64,000 nt of DNA, taken from Haliotis rubra (lineage: Eukaryota). Made by a program: the position numbers and the translations under genes. Positions 33,916 through 46,620 of this stretch are shown here, piece after piece (position 1 is the stretch's first letter; each line of letters starts with the position of its first letter). Location of the stretch: the NCBI RefSeq assembly GCF_003918875.1, contig NW_025767503.1, forward strand, positions 310,001 to 374,000, written 5' to 3'. The notes beneath the pieces are model-generated. The model saw only the letters and a list, made by a program, of their open reading frames with translations, did not search any database and was not told the DNA's origin.

Positions 33916-35374
33916 AATCTGATTCGCCATGATCATGTTTCCAGCTTTGTGATCACCAACCTCGGGGCTCGGGGCTCTCCTCCCATGTGACATGCCTTCA
34001 TGTGACTGGAACTCTATTCAAGTAGACGACCAACTTGCTCAGTAGTCTGACTACTGAAATACTGAGAGTGAACTTTCATGTCCCTTTGATGTTTACAAAT
34101 TAAATTAAAATGAACGTGAAGCACATTGTCACAGCAGAGTATGTCCCACATTAGGACACAAAAGAAGACCTCATCAAACACCAAAGAACCTGCTTTAATT
34201 TCTAACGCTGTATATGCTATTAAGGAACTTAAAGTAATGAACAAAATTGGTCACATTCTAGCATGTTGTTGGTTTCCGAATGCCTGAAGTACCTCAGGTT
34301 TGTTTGTCTTGCTATGGACCTTTGTCCATTGATTGCAGCTTTGTAGGTGAACTAATTAGATCCAGGTTAAGTTGCCTGATTGACACCCGATATCCTTGCA
34401 ACACTTTCATTGTCATTCAGATAATAATCTTGTTCAGTCTGGCTGTGCTAATAACTCGGTAATAAATCACCATATTAGGTTGTTAAGACCTTGAGAGGCT
34501 AGCAGTTGGTGGAACAATTTCTTCAAGTCACGGCCATGCAGTCCATGAACTGAGCCCTTGGTCTGTGAAGCCTCGGTTGACATCAAGCACTCGGCCTCTT
34601 TTCGTACCGCATCACACAGTGGTAAAATTTACAAATAATTAAATTTACATAAGTTTGCTAGTTTAGGCAGGACTGCCTGTTTAGCAATAACGAAGGGCAA
34701 CTCTGTAGAAGATATTGTTTGCTGTGAAAATGATTATTAATTTCTAAACTTGCCTTATGAAGGCTATAAATAGTCAGGCTATTAGATTTATGACACAGTT
34801 TTCCTCTGTAAATGAAATTTCTTGATTTAGTATCTGTTAGTTGTGTTTATTACTATGTGGTAACCATGGTAACTGGAATCAGTCAGGACTTAGGGTGTCA
34901 TGGATTATAGTGATTCAAGTATTGATAAGTGATCCAAAAGTGTCAATATATGTTGACATATTGATTAATAATCATATTTATTGTTCTGTCGGTGTACAGA
35001 AGACACAAAATTCATCAATTTAATGCTAAATATAAACTGACCTTGTCCATTATGTATTTGAAATGACATTTTCTGCTTTCTTCTTGTTCACACCACCCAT
35101 GGTAATATGAATAAATGTCTACATTTGTGTGGCAGGAAATGTGTGAACCTATTGTTGATATTCATACAGTTGTATCAACTCTGCATTAGTGTTAAGATAT
35201 AATAATAATCGACAATGTTATCTGTAATGAGGACATGAGTTATTAATGGAATTTTTCTGATTTTATTGCTCTCCCCTGAAATGTTGTAATTGCCTGGTTA
35301 TAATTTTTTGTTTCAATAAATGCATTCAAAACACATTGTTGAAGTACCCCTCACCTTATACAGATAACCTGTCT

Positions 35375-37180
35375 ATAGACTGCAGGCAATCTGTAATGAG
35401 TCATGTCCAATAGACTGAAGACCCTGAGTAGACTGAAGGCCCTCTGTGACTAGTCATGTCTAGTCGACTGTAGGCCCTCTGTGACTAGTCATGTCTAGTC
35501 GACTGTAGGCCCTCTGTGACTAGTCATGTCTAGTCGACTGTAGGCCCTCTGTGACTAGTCATGTATAGTAGACTGTAGGCCCTATGTGAATAGCCATGTC
35601 TAGTAGACTGGACACCCACTGTGACTAGTCTTGTTCAGTCGACTATAGGCCCTCTGTGACTAGTCATGTATAGTAGACTGAAGGGCCCTCTGTGACTAAA
35701 GTACTGTCGGAAATGTTAGAAAAATGCTTTTTAGCCTTAATATCTTTATAAAGGTGATAAATGTACTATGTTGTCAATATATCAACTCGCCTATTGTCTA
35801 CCCTAATTTTTATTTCAATCGATTTAACATTCCCATGCATTTATAGAGCAGTTTACAGGAGAGAATTTGGTACCAAAACAGAAACTTAAGATTTTTTCAG
35901 AGTTCAACAACAGAAATCTGAAATAGTCTTTACATTTATGCTAATAATACAGGTGGTGTAAAATATGAATTAACGTTTATCCTAAAAAGATAAATGTTGA
36001 ATGTTTGTGTTACTTTACTAAAGTATCGTTTTCTTTATTGAAGAAATATTAATATAAATGTTAAGTCTTGATAAATAAGTTTCCCGTCATGCATGCACAT
36101 CTTTATCACAGCGCCCACTATGGCCAACGATTTGCAATTCCATTGTTGCAAAGATTTATAGGTTTTTCTGCTTAAAAGACAGAGGTAAACCTTTCATTAG
36201 TTTAGAAAGGGTTTATTACAGAACTTGTAGAGCTGTTGGCATGTCTTACCAACAAGTTTACAATATTGTAAACAAATCAGACAAGACAGGGACCGTCTCA
36301 AATGCAAAACCGGGACGTAAAACCATCCTTGACAACTTTGACAAGGAGTGCTTAGACGGGAGGTCTACAAACTTTGTGAGAAGAAGAAAAATATATATAT
36401 TCTAAAGAAGCTACACCAGTGACTTCATTAAATCTTTGGCCAATGTTCACAACTAGATTAAACTGACCTAATTACATCCATATTTTTCCAATGAAATATA
36501 CTGTTGACATGCAAAACATTTATTAAAACGTTGCACATTTCTACAAGCAGTCGATCAGATAACACAAGTGATAGGATTCTTTCCAATGTACAGTAATTTG
36601 TATGTTTATTTCAAAACAAAACACATACACAAATGATCCCTTACATAACTGATAAATGATACTCCCATTACATATTCAACATTTTGCAGAAAACATTCTA
36701 TTGAGATGCATGTCTCAAAATTGTATTCCCTGTCGATAGTGCTGATGACGAACACAGGCAGTTAATGTTTGTTTCAAATAACGTCCAACTACCCCTTTAT
36801 TTTTTAAGTTTTTGTATTTTCATCAGTAAAACACATTTGTAGAGCATGTCTCAAAATTTATTCCCTAAATATAGATGTGAAAAGCATTTTTGTTTAAGTA
36901 ACTGTAATACCTCGAATTTTAAATATAAGTCATGTCTAGCATTTCGACTGTAGGCCCTCTGTGACTAGTCATGTATAGTAGACTGTAGGCCCTATGTGAA
37001 TAGCCATGTCTAGTAGACTGGACACCCACTGTGACTAGTCTTGTTCAGTACACTGGACACCGTATGTGACTAGTCATGTCCAGTAGACTGAAGACTCTCT
37101 GACTAGTCATCTTCACCAGAATGAAGACCATCAGTAGATTGTAGGCCCTCTGTCTAGTCATGTTCAATAGACTGCAGACC
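35375..37180. repeat. 35-bp minisatellite in two blocks (35375-35697, 36951-37180) around a Tc1/mariner relic
   Basis: AGTCATGTCTAGTCGACTGTAGGCCCTCTGTGACT units. Confidence 0.9.
35704..36950 (+). mobile_element. Internally deleted IS630-Tc1-mariner element
   Basis: TA-CTGTCGGAAATGTTAGA..TCTAGCATTTCGACTG-TA. Transposase N-terminal relic RTCRAVGMSYQQVYNIV..KPGRKTILDNFDKECL at ~36170-36360. Confidence 0.75.
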
Positions 37181-37247
37181 CTTGGACAACTTGTGTCAAG
37201 TTACAGTAAGCAGTAAGGTTGGGACAATACAGTCCCACTGTGCATCA

Positions 37248-38075
37248 GATACGTATCATGACACCTTGCTAACAAACGTATTTGCGTCTTGATGCTTGTT
37301 GATGCTTTTATCTGGGGTGTGTACACCGTATTTTTCAAAGACAGGATGGCAAAATTGTTGCCACACTGACAATTTTACAGTTTGTAGGACTTTCATGCTT
37401 GATCATCTTGCCTCTTTACTCCAAACTGACAATCTGAAATGTCTGATGATTGGACATGATTACCCACTTAGCCAATCAAACTATTTGGCTCTGCTGAATC
37501 ACCAGAAGGACGTAACTCTATATGAACTGCATTGATAAGGTTTGTTAAGTCAACTGACAATGTACCAGTGTTAATATCAAACAATGGATAAGATATTTTT
37601 GTTTTACTTCTTATCCTTCTTATTAGTGTTTGTTTGGTGATGTTAAGGCAAACATGTGGTAAGAAGGAATTATTTTTCTTTGTATGACTGATGGATACCT
37701 GTATTACCCAGTATTAAACTCACAGTCACTGTGCAGAGGTTGTTCTCCCCATGATCTGTAGTAAGAGAACTTGGTCTCACGGTTGACATGAGTTAGACAA
37801 GTCTAACATTCCACCATTCCTTGTTTCAGTGATTGTGAACCCTCGTTAACCTGCACCACACAGTTATGGCTACCCGCTCACCTCCCTAGAACAGACAAAC
37901 AAGTGGATTACTCTGACAAACAGTGCTCCTAATCTTCAGTATTTGGATATTTGTGGCTGTGCAAGAATGGGCTGAACAAGCCTGTTGCCATGTGTGTGGG
38001 ATACCTTCTGATTACCATGGATACTGTCTTCGGCTTTACCCACATACCAGCTGGCTCAAGGCTTCCAGCAACAAG
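37248..38075 (+). pseudogene. Decayed F-box/LRR-like coding relic
   Basis: HDTLLTNVFA/LDAC*CFYLGCVHRIFQR (F-box-like), then DNLKCLMIG, LVNLHH and SAPNLQYLDICGCARM (cysteine-containing LRR); stops and frameshifts; possible intron ~37540-37829. Confidence 0.45.
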
Positions 38076-38588
38076 GTAAAACACTAATTAGACTAATTAT
38101 ATTGTTGTACTGAAGGAGGTTCAGATTAGGGGGTGTCTGATGAGATGACAGTGGCTGAATCTAACGATGCAAGTACTCGGTCTTTGTTCTAGATCAGTGA
38201 TGGATCTGGAGCATGCCGTTGCTTGGCACACAGAAATCTCAAATGTCCCCAAATTCCACCCCCATGGGACCATGTTCTCTTCCGTAAATCCCCATATATA
38301 TAAATAATTGCTGAGACATTTTGAGTGTTGAAGTGTTTTTGTGATCTCATTGACATGTAAGCCTCACAGTGCAGATTATTCACAATTTCAGTACTTTTAA
38401 CTGATGAATCATGGGAAATTTCAGTGTTGCTAAAAACCAACCAGTATTTGTTTGTTCTTTATTATTCTCAAGAAAGATCCATTTTAAAAATTAAAACTTG
38501 CTTCAGGTTTATGTACCCTGTTTTTGATGAATGTCCCCTGAGTTTCCAACACAAGGGCCCATTTGCCCCTGTCATCCAATTCCTAGCT

Positions 38589-39259
38589 CCATGACTGATG
38601 ACCATGATGTTCGGATACATCAGAGGTCCTAGGAACCCCTTCACTGAATGGGACATGACTGATGGCCATGATGTTGGGACACATCAGAGGTCCTAGGAAC
38701 CCCTTCACTGAATGGGACATGACTGATGGCCATGATGTTGGGACACATCAGAGGTCCTAGGAACCCCTTCACTGAATGGGACATGACTGATGGCCATGAT
38801 GTTGGGACACATCAGAGGTCCTAGGAACCCCCCCTTCACTGACACATCAGATGGGAACCCCTTCACTGAATGACTGATGGCCATGATGTTGGGACACATC
38901 AGAGGTCCTAGGAACCCCTTCACTGAATGGGACATGACTGATGACCATGATGTTGGGGGACATCAGAGGTCCTAGGAACCCCTTCACTGAATGGGACATG
39001 ACTGATGGCCATGATGTTGGGATACATCAGAGGTCCTAGGAACCCCTTCACTGAATGGGACATGACTGATGGCCATGATGTTGGGACACATCAGAGGTCC
39101 TAGGAACCCCTTCACTGAATGGGACATGACTGATGGCCATGATGTTGGGATACATCAGAGGTCCTAGGAACCCCTTCACTGAATGGGACATGACTGATGG
39201 CCATGATGTTGGGACACATCAGAGGTCCTAGGAACCCCTTCACTGAATGGAACATGACT
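38589..39259. repeat. 64-bp tandem repeat, ~10 copies
   Basis: CATGACTGATGGCCATGATGTTGGGACACATCAGAGGTCCTAGGAACCCCTTCACTGAATGGGA. Confidence 0.97.
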
Positions 39260-39623
39260 AGGAAGTTGTTTATCATCAAGTCAACTCTGGTCATAAACCA
39301 TTTGTGTTAATTAAATAGTTAATGCCTTAAGTAGTGTGTAGTGAAAAGTTACCTTTCACACCCATGACATAATATTTTTGGTCAAAAGGCAATTAAGTTT
39401 TTGGGCCTGGTTTATTGATTCACATAATGGAAACTGGAAATAAAGTATCTTTTCTGAACAGCATTATTTCCAGAAATTTGGAAATTCTACTGGGATTTTT
39501 GTCAAAAATATTTTGACCAGACAGGTTCATTCAAAGACATTTTTGGACCACCAACATGTTGTAAGAACAAAAGCAAATTCTGTAAACCAGTTGAAAAGCA
39601 AAATAATCCCCCGAGGCTGTTTG

Positions 39624-39712
39624 ATATATACTCATGCCAATAATGGTTGTCATCCACCAGCCTATTCCTTAAATCAGAGGGATTGACAACCATTATTGGC
39701 ATGAGTATATAT
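39624..39712. repeat. Perfect inverted repeat with 29-bp arms (tiny TA-flanked MITE candidate)
   Basis: ATATATACTCATGCCAATAATGGTTGTCA and its exact reverse complement at 39684-39712. Confidence 0.9.
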
Positions 39713-41628
39713 ATGGTATTTGGTCAGCACCTACATCACTCACTGTGTGTTGGTCATGTAGCCATGTGCTAGTCTGTATACCTCTACAGTAGATTTATGT
39801 TAGTTTGTGAGTTGTGCATAAACTTGCATGGGATTGATTGTGTTGCATGATATTTGAAAAAGGGATCCTCTCGACGAAATTAACGAAACTAGTAACAATC
39901 TTCCATTTGTCTTGGGTTTACCTTGCTAGGTATCATGCCTAAGTGACCATTGTTATTTGTGATCAATGAATCAGCGTGCACTTAGTTTCTTTATGAACTT
40001 CATGTGGAGTATACAACCCAAACCTGTGAAGTTCGAGAATGTTACCATCTCACCTCACTGGGTAGCAGTTTAGTACAATTTTTGTCACATTCACTGGAGA
40101 ATAATCTGAGAATCTTTCCAGCAAAGATAACTTTCTCTAGACATTCTTGCTTCCATGTTTGAGAGCACCAAGAGTGTAGGTGTAGCTGAATACTGATGTG
40201 AACGTGCCAACACTGCATATTTCTCCCAGTCAGCTAACATTCAGTGACACAGACTCAGTCACAATCTCCTCAGTTCATCTTAAATGATAATTTGGTTATG
40301 AAAGAAGCTGATGTTGACAGCAGTTATTGATGTTGTTAGCTCACGCCAATTCCCAACTGATGTTACTGCCTTGAATGTGAATGTTATGCATATTGAAGAT
40401 CGCTCAAAGAAAATGAAATGCATATTTTCAACGGAGTCGCAGCAGGAACTTATAATTCAAATATTTAACAAATCAATATCAGAAATCTGGATAATTAATG
40501 GGGGGATTACCACCTGTCAGGTTCAGACGTTAGTGTGTGGATAGACTGTATCATGCACACATCATGGCAGACAAATGGCCTTGGGGCAAGTGAGAGCACT
40601 TCAGTGGTGTGCCTCAGTCTGAAACTACGTATGACATTACCATGGTGAACATAACCAGTATTTATGTAAACTTGATGACAGTCTATATGGCTTAAAGAGC
40701 AAGTGCAACTTGTGTTTTCCACTGACATAGGTTTGTCATTATTTTCATTGTCTTATGAAAATGGACACATGTCTTTAAAATGTGAGCTAGACTGCTAGCC
40801 TGAGACTACTAAATTGTGCTGAAGACAAGGGGAAATCCATAGCTAGTAGTCTTCATGGACAATAATTCTGAACCTGGTCTGAAAGCTTAAATGTTGCTTC
40901 AGTTAGAACTAAATAAACTGACAAATTGTAAACATTTAAAACATTTGTTGAGACCAGGATGAGCTTGCAACTCCCAGGACTAATAAGGTTTTCACAAGTC
41001 CTCGGGACTTTTCTGAGAGAAACAAATTTGTAAGTCCACTGACCCCAGGAATCGTGAGTGTGGGGGTACCCAGTGATGGGTGATGTCCTGTCGGAGGAAA
41101 CAGATGGGCACACAGGCAGGCTTCAGTCAGTACACACGTAGACGTGGTCATACACAACTGTTTGTTGTGGAGGTGTAATGACGGGGAGCACCACTCAGTG
41201 ACCCCACGTGGAACTAGTGTTGTCTCAATATTCACAGACATCATCGGTTTAAGGACTTATGATAGTCATCATGAATGTGAATCGGGAAATGTATACTGCT
41301 CAATCCAAGTCAAAGAAAACTGTGGTGAATCTGTTGATAATGTGTTAATATCTAAAAATTGGATGTAGTAAGCTTGTTTGGAGTAGTATATACATCAAAG
41401 GCTTTCCTCCCCAAGATCAGTCATGTACATGACAATGTATCTTAACCCCAACAGTATTTTGAAAAATTTATGTCAACTTACAAAAAGGAATGAAGTAAAG
41501 AAATGTGGTGAAATTGTTATTTAGGGTGTTTAGTTTGTTATAAGTCTGGATGTAAATGGACCCATACATAATCATAATCATAATCATACCTTTGATTACT
41601 TTGTGTTATTGTTTGTTGTTGCTTTGGT

Positions 41629-41722
41629 CACAATGTGTGAAGCCGATGTCTGGTGTCCCCCCGCCTTGATATTGCAGGAATATTGCTAAAAGCGGCGTAA
41701 AACCATACTTATTCACTCACTC
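41629..41722 (+). mobile_element. Family A SINE 3' fragment
   Basis: ACAATGTGTGAAGCC..GGAATATTGCTAAAAGCGGCGTAAAAC..(CACT)n. Confidence 0.85.
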
Positions 41723-42739
41723 GCTTTGATACAGGAAGCTTGTGGTGAATAGTTTGAGGTTTTCGATCAGAGGTCTAAATTGCTAATTTCATAATTTCAT
41801 TTTGACTATAAAAATCTTATTAAACTTTTCTAACAAGATACAAATATGCAGGATATTGAGAAAACCTATATTCAATGTATTAGCATATCGATTTGTTGTA
41901 TACCATTACACCGGTAATGCCTTGCACATCTGTTCAGCAGTGTTCCACATTTGGGCAAAAAATTAACATGGTGAAGATTAATGAGGCAGTTATAATACAT
42001 TACTCAATATAGAAAAGGAATCAGGCCAAGCCACAAATAATCTATAGAGTTGCTGACACCTGAAGTATTGATATTGACACATCAATTAGTATTCTTATTG
42101 ATCACTTGTATGACAGAAACTGAGTCCTGTGTCACACACATGTATCTCACACTTCTGGCTCAATGCCAGGTAGACGTGATTTGTACATGATGTATAACAA
42201 CCCAGGTGTGTGTTCGTGAAGAGGATGGAGTTTGGACCACAAGGGGGTAGCAATACATGCTTATATACAGTGTGCTGTCAGTTGACTGGCAACATGTCAC
42301 TGCTGAAAGGTTGAATTGTATTTAGTGATGCCTGACTAGTTAGTAGAAAGCTTCAGCAGTTATTTTCGTATATTTTTTCATAATTTTGTAGATTTACTGT
42401 TCATAATTATATTGGACATGCTGCACATTATATCTGGGAATTTCTTGTAGTTGTATTAGCAGTGCATGTCGTTAGCTGCCAGATGTATAAACTTGTTAAT
42501 GTGCATCTGATTGATTACTCATGTGAAGCGAACCAATCATAGTGAAGGTTGCAGTTAGTTAAGTCAGTGAAGGGAGATACAGCACTTGGTGTGTATTGTT
42601 TTGGAATTATAATGGTGTTACATGATTCACAGGATCTTAATGGAAGATATTTATTTTAAGAGAAAGGATAATGACATCAGAAGAAAATGTTGAAAATGTT
42701 CATTATACCAGTTATTGTGACACCATCGCTCAGAGATTC

Positions 42740-42990
42740 ATCAATGTTTCATGTCCTCATCAAAGAGCACATTCTTCGGAAGCATGACCCTGTCAGGTGA
42801 TGGCGACTTGATCATCTCCAGTAACACTTGAAAAGAAATACTGATAACTAGCAAATATCAACCTCGCCAGTGACGAAAATACCGCCATTGTACATGGTGT
42901 GCATATCTGTCTCGTGTTATTTTTAGAACACAAGTCCTGCCTGGTATTTTCATTACTCTTTCATTGTTAATTTTTTTTGTATCCTTGACG
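42740..42990 (-). pseudogene. Highly decayed RTE-type LINE relic
   Basis: INNERVMK..QWRYFRH..RVMLPKNVLF resembles the RTE post-RT pattern (ITNEEVL..LRYFGH..RLPKQVLF). Confidence 0.35.
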
Positions 42991-45255
42991 ACAATGCAGC
43001 AAAGTGACAGAATATATATTAAAGGTGTGACTGGACGCTTAGAATAACACTTAGTCTCTGAATATATATAATTGTGATAGTAACAAATAAACCCATTTAA
43101 ACTGTAAAGGAGCCCAAGTGAGATGGGAAATGTGGTTGAGGGACTGTGAGACAGACTACTGACAACTCCAAGCCACATTCGACCTGGCGATACCAGGAAT
43201 GAAACTGCTGATGGTCACATTCTGCCGACCATAGTCAGTGTTTGAACAGTACTGAAGTTCGTTGTATCTCTTTCACAACCTGTGCTACATAAGATGACTC
43301 AACAGCCCATGCTCTGTGAACAGTATAAATGTTTTTACTTCTGCGACGTATTGTGAAGGGTTGCAGTGACCCATTCCTGTGTTAAGCCATCTAGGACGTC
43401 CCTCAAGCAGTCTGTGTCAAAACCTTTTAATGCAGCCCTTTTCAGTCGATTTTTGTGTTACTATTATTTATAGTACAGAGCTTACTAGACCGTTCAGAAC
43501 TTTACAATACCAGGTAGTGGTGAAACTTTCAGACTGCTCAAGTAGAACTTATTGCAGATAATCTCAAGGTACCAGACTGTTGTCCATGACGACATCAACC
43601 TGTGTAAAACAGAGCCAACTGTCACTATAGTGTCCTGGCTTCACACACTGGTCGAAGGTTTTCTACTAATAGAACTTTTGTATAGACAACTGGCACCGGG
43701 GCTGTGGTTAGAAGTGAAGTGAAAGATATGGTTGAGCTATTGATCTCAGGGATGATGTAGTGTGAGTGTAGCACAACACCGAGTGTAAGCTTTCAATCAA
43801 TCTTACGACATGAGGTACTGCCGTACTGGGGCAACACCATCTTTTATAGTGGTCCACACTCCAGCTGTCCTATAATTCCATGTATGGACACACTCGCCCA
43901 GCTCACAGCTGGATGCCCGGCAATGTTTACCTGATTACGACAGGAGCTATTTATAGCCTGCCAGCAGGTCACATGACCAGCTACCTGTGGGATCTTGGAC
44001 AGAGGCTTTTAGTGTCAGCGAAAGGGTAACAAATCAAACCTCCTTCATTTGACTTTTTGTCAATGATTTTTGGAGGATGAATAAAGATTGTGCAAGCAAT
44101 GATGATTAGGTGAGCAGTACTGAGGTGATGAGCAATGATAAGTAGATGAGTGGATGAGTAGATGATGAGTAGATGAGTATATGTCCACATTCTGATTGTG
44201 TGGAGACACGGTCTTCTCATTAGTTTAAGATGTAATCTGTTCTTCATTTAGGACAGTTCATTACTGATTTATTCAACAAGCCAGGTGTCCCAGCATCTGT
44301 GTATAGTGTGACACATGTAGTGTGTGACTGTTGGCTACAGTGATGGCATCTCCTGTAGGAACTGATCACATGTCCCAGCATCTGTGTATAGTGTGACACA
44401 TGTAGTATGTGACTGCTGGCTACAGTGATGGCATCTCCTGTAGGAACTGATCACATGTCCCAGCATCTGTGTATAGTGTGACACATGTAGTATGTGACTG
44501 TTGGCTACAGTGATGGCATCTCCTGTAGGAACTGATCACATGTCCCAGCATCTGTGTATAGTGTGACACATGTAGTATGTGACTGCTGGCTACAGTGATG
44601 GCATCTCCTGTAGGAACTGATCACATGTCCCAGCATCTGTGTATAGTGTGACACATGTAGTATGTGACTGCTGGCTACAGTGATGGCATCTCCTGTAGGA
44701 ACTGATCACATGTCCCAGCATCTGTGTATAGTGTGACACATGTAGTATGTGACTGCTGGCTACAGTGATGGCATCTCCTGTAGGAACTGATCACATGTCC
44801 CAGCATCTGTGTATAGTGTGACACATGTAGTATGTGACTGCTGGCTACAGTGATGGCATCTCCTGTAGGAACTGATCACATGTCCCAGCATCTGTGTATA
44901 GTGTGACACATTGTAGCATGTGACTGCTGGCTACAGTGATGGCATCTCCTGTAGGAACTGATCACATGTCCCAGCATCTGTGTATAGTGTGACACATGTA
45001 GCATGTGACTGCTGGCTACAGTGATGGCATCTCCTGTAGGAACTGATCACATGTCCCAGCACCTGTGTATAGTGTGACACATGTAGCATGTGACTGCTGG
45101 CTACAGTGAAGGCATCTCCTGTAGGAACTGATCACATGTCCCAGCATCTGTGTATAGTGTGACACATGTAGTATGTGACTGCTGGCTACAGTGATGGCAT
45201 CTCCTGTAGGAACTGATCACATGTCCCAGCATCTGTGTATAGTGTGACACATGTA

Positions 45256-46620
45256 CTGTCAGTGGCCAAAAGTCTGTTCGCAAAACATGTTACGTTGCCC
45301 ATGTTTTGAGGGGTAGGTTGACTTTGAGAGCGTTTCGCCGTGCTGATAAGCCACCAATCGTAATGTGATTTGGGGTACAAATTTCACAGGTCACAAAATA
45401 TGTTTAGCACCGATAATATGCGATTATCTCCCTTGCTTTGTTTATATTTTTGTCGTCTGCTATCATGCCGCCTGTCAACCGAGAATTGACACCTGACCAA
45501 AGAAATTTAATTGTTGACTTGAAACAGCAAGGCCAATCAAGCTACAAAATTGCTGATTTGACAGGTATAAACCCAAGAACAATTCAGAAAATTTTAAAAC
45601 GTTTTCGGGAGTGAGGTTCAGTTAAATCGTTGCCGAGAAGTGTGCGGCCCGAAAATCGTCACCAAGAAGCGAGCGACGGCTTTTCGTCTTGTGAAAAAAA
45701 TGCGCCGGCAAACACTTGGGCATTTGACTGCAAAATATAACAATCAGGGACTGACTACTCTGTCTTCTAGCACTGTCAGAAGAAGATTGTTCATTGAGGG
45801 GTACCGTAGACATGTGGTAAGCAAGAAAATCACCATTTCTCGTGTTAACAGAGAGAAGAGACTCCGATTTTGTCGGACAAAATTGCATTGGGGAAGAAAT
45901 GAGTGGGATAATGTCATTTTCAGTGATGAGACACAAGTCCAGATCGGGATAGACAGAAAATTTTATGTGTGGAGAAAGTCGCATGGCTGATTACGACCGA
46001 TTGTTTGGGGGTTCACACCGATCATGAGCGAAATTGAAGTTTTCAGTGATGTTTTGGGGGGTGTGTGTCTGCGTATGGAGTGGGAACTTTAACTGTCGTT
46101 GATGGCAACATGAACACTGATAAGTACATTGCCATTCTTGATAACCACTTTCGTGGCCTGTAGTTGCCAGGCATTTTGTCAACCGCAATTGGATTTTCCA
46201 AGAAGACAATGCCCCTTGTCATGTGTCCATTCGGGCTAACCGTTGGAAACAGGAAAATCATATTCCGACTTTGCCGTGGCCCCACAAAGTCAGATCTCAA
46301 TATCATTGAAAATGTATGGAAAACTGTTAAATATCAACTCAAAGCCAGATTAGGTGACATTAACTCCAGACAAGATCTCATCCGTGTGGTGAATGACATT
46401 TGGACTGGGCTTAGTCCTGTTTACATTCGTCGTCTATATGACAGTTTACCAAGACGACTCCGAGATGTCCTAAGAGCACAGGGTCATATCTCTAAATTCT
46501 GAAAATTTGAGGTGAGTACCTTTATTATTTACATAGATACGCGAATTTTAAAAGGGGAACCGACTCCGCTAGAAATAGCCGTGACGTCACCGGTGCGAAC
46601 AGACTTTTGGCCACTGACTG
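45256..46620 (+). mobile_element. Full-length Tc1-like transposon, 1365 bp
   Basis: 27-bp TIR C(A/T)GTCAGTGGCCAAAAGTCTGTTCGCA with TA TSD; removing it restores the satellite unit. Confidence 0.96.
45465..46502 (+). pseudogene. Tc1 DDE transposase, disrupted
   Basis: MPPVNRELT..HTH, VIFSDETQV, FQEDNAPCH and DLNIIENVW; several stops and frameshifts. Confidence 0.93.

Noticed and set aside
40311-40544. Third F-box relic (ELIIQIF)
   Set aside because: Only a short motif matches; the downstream F-box and LRR pattern is absent.
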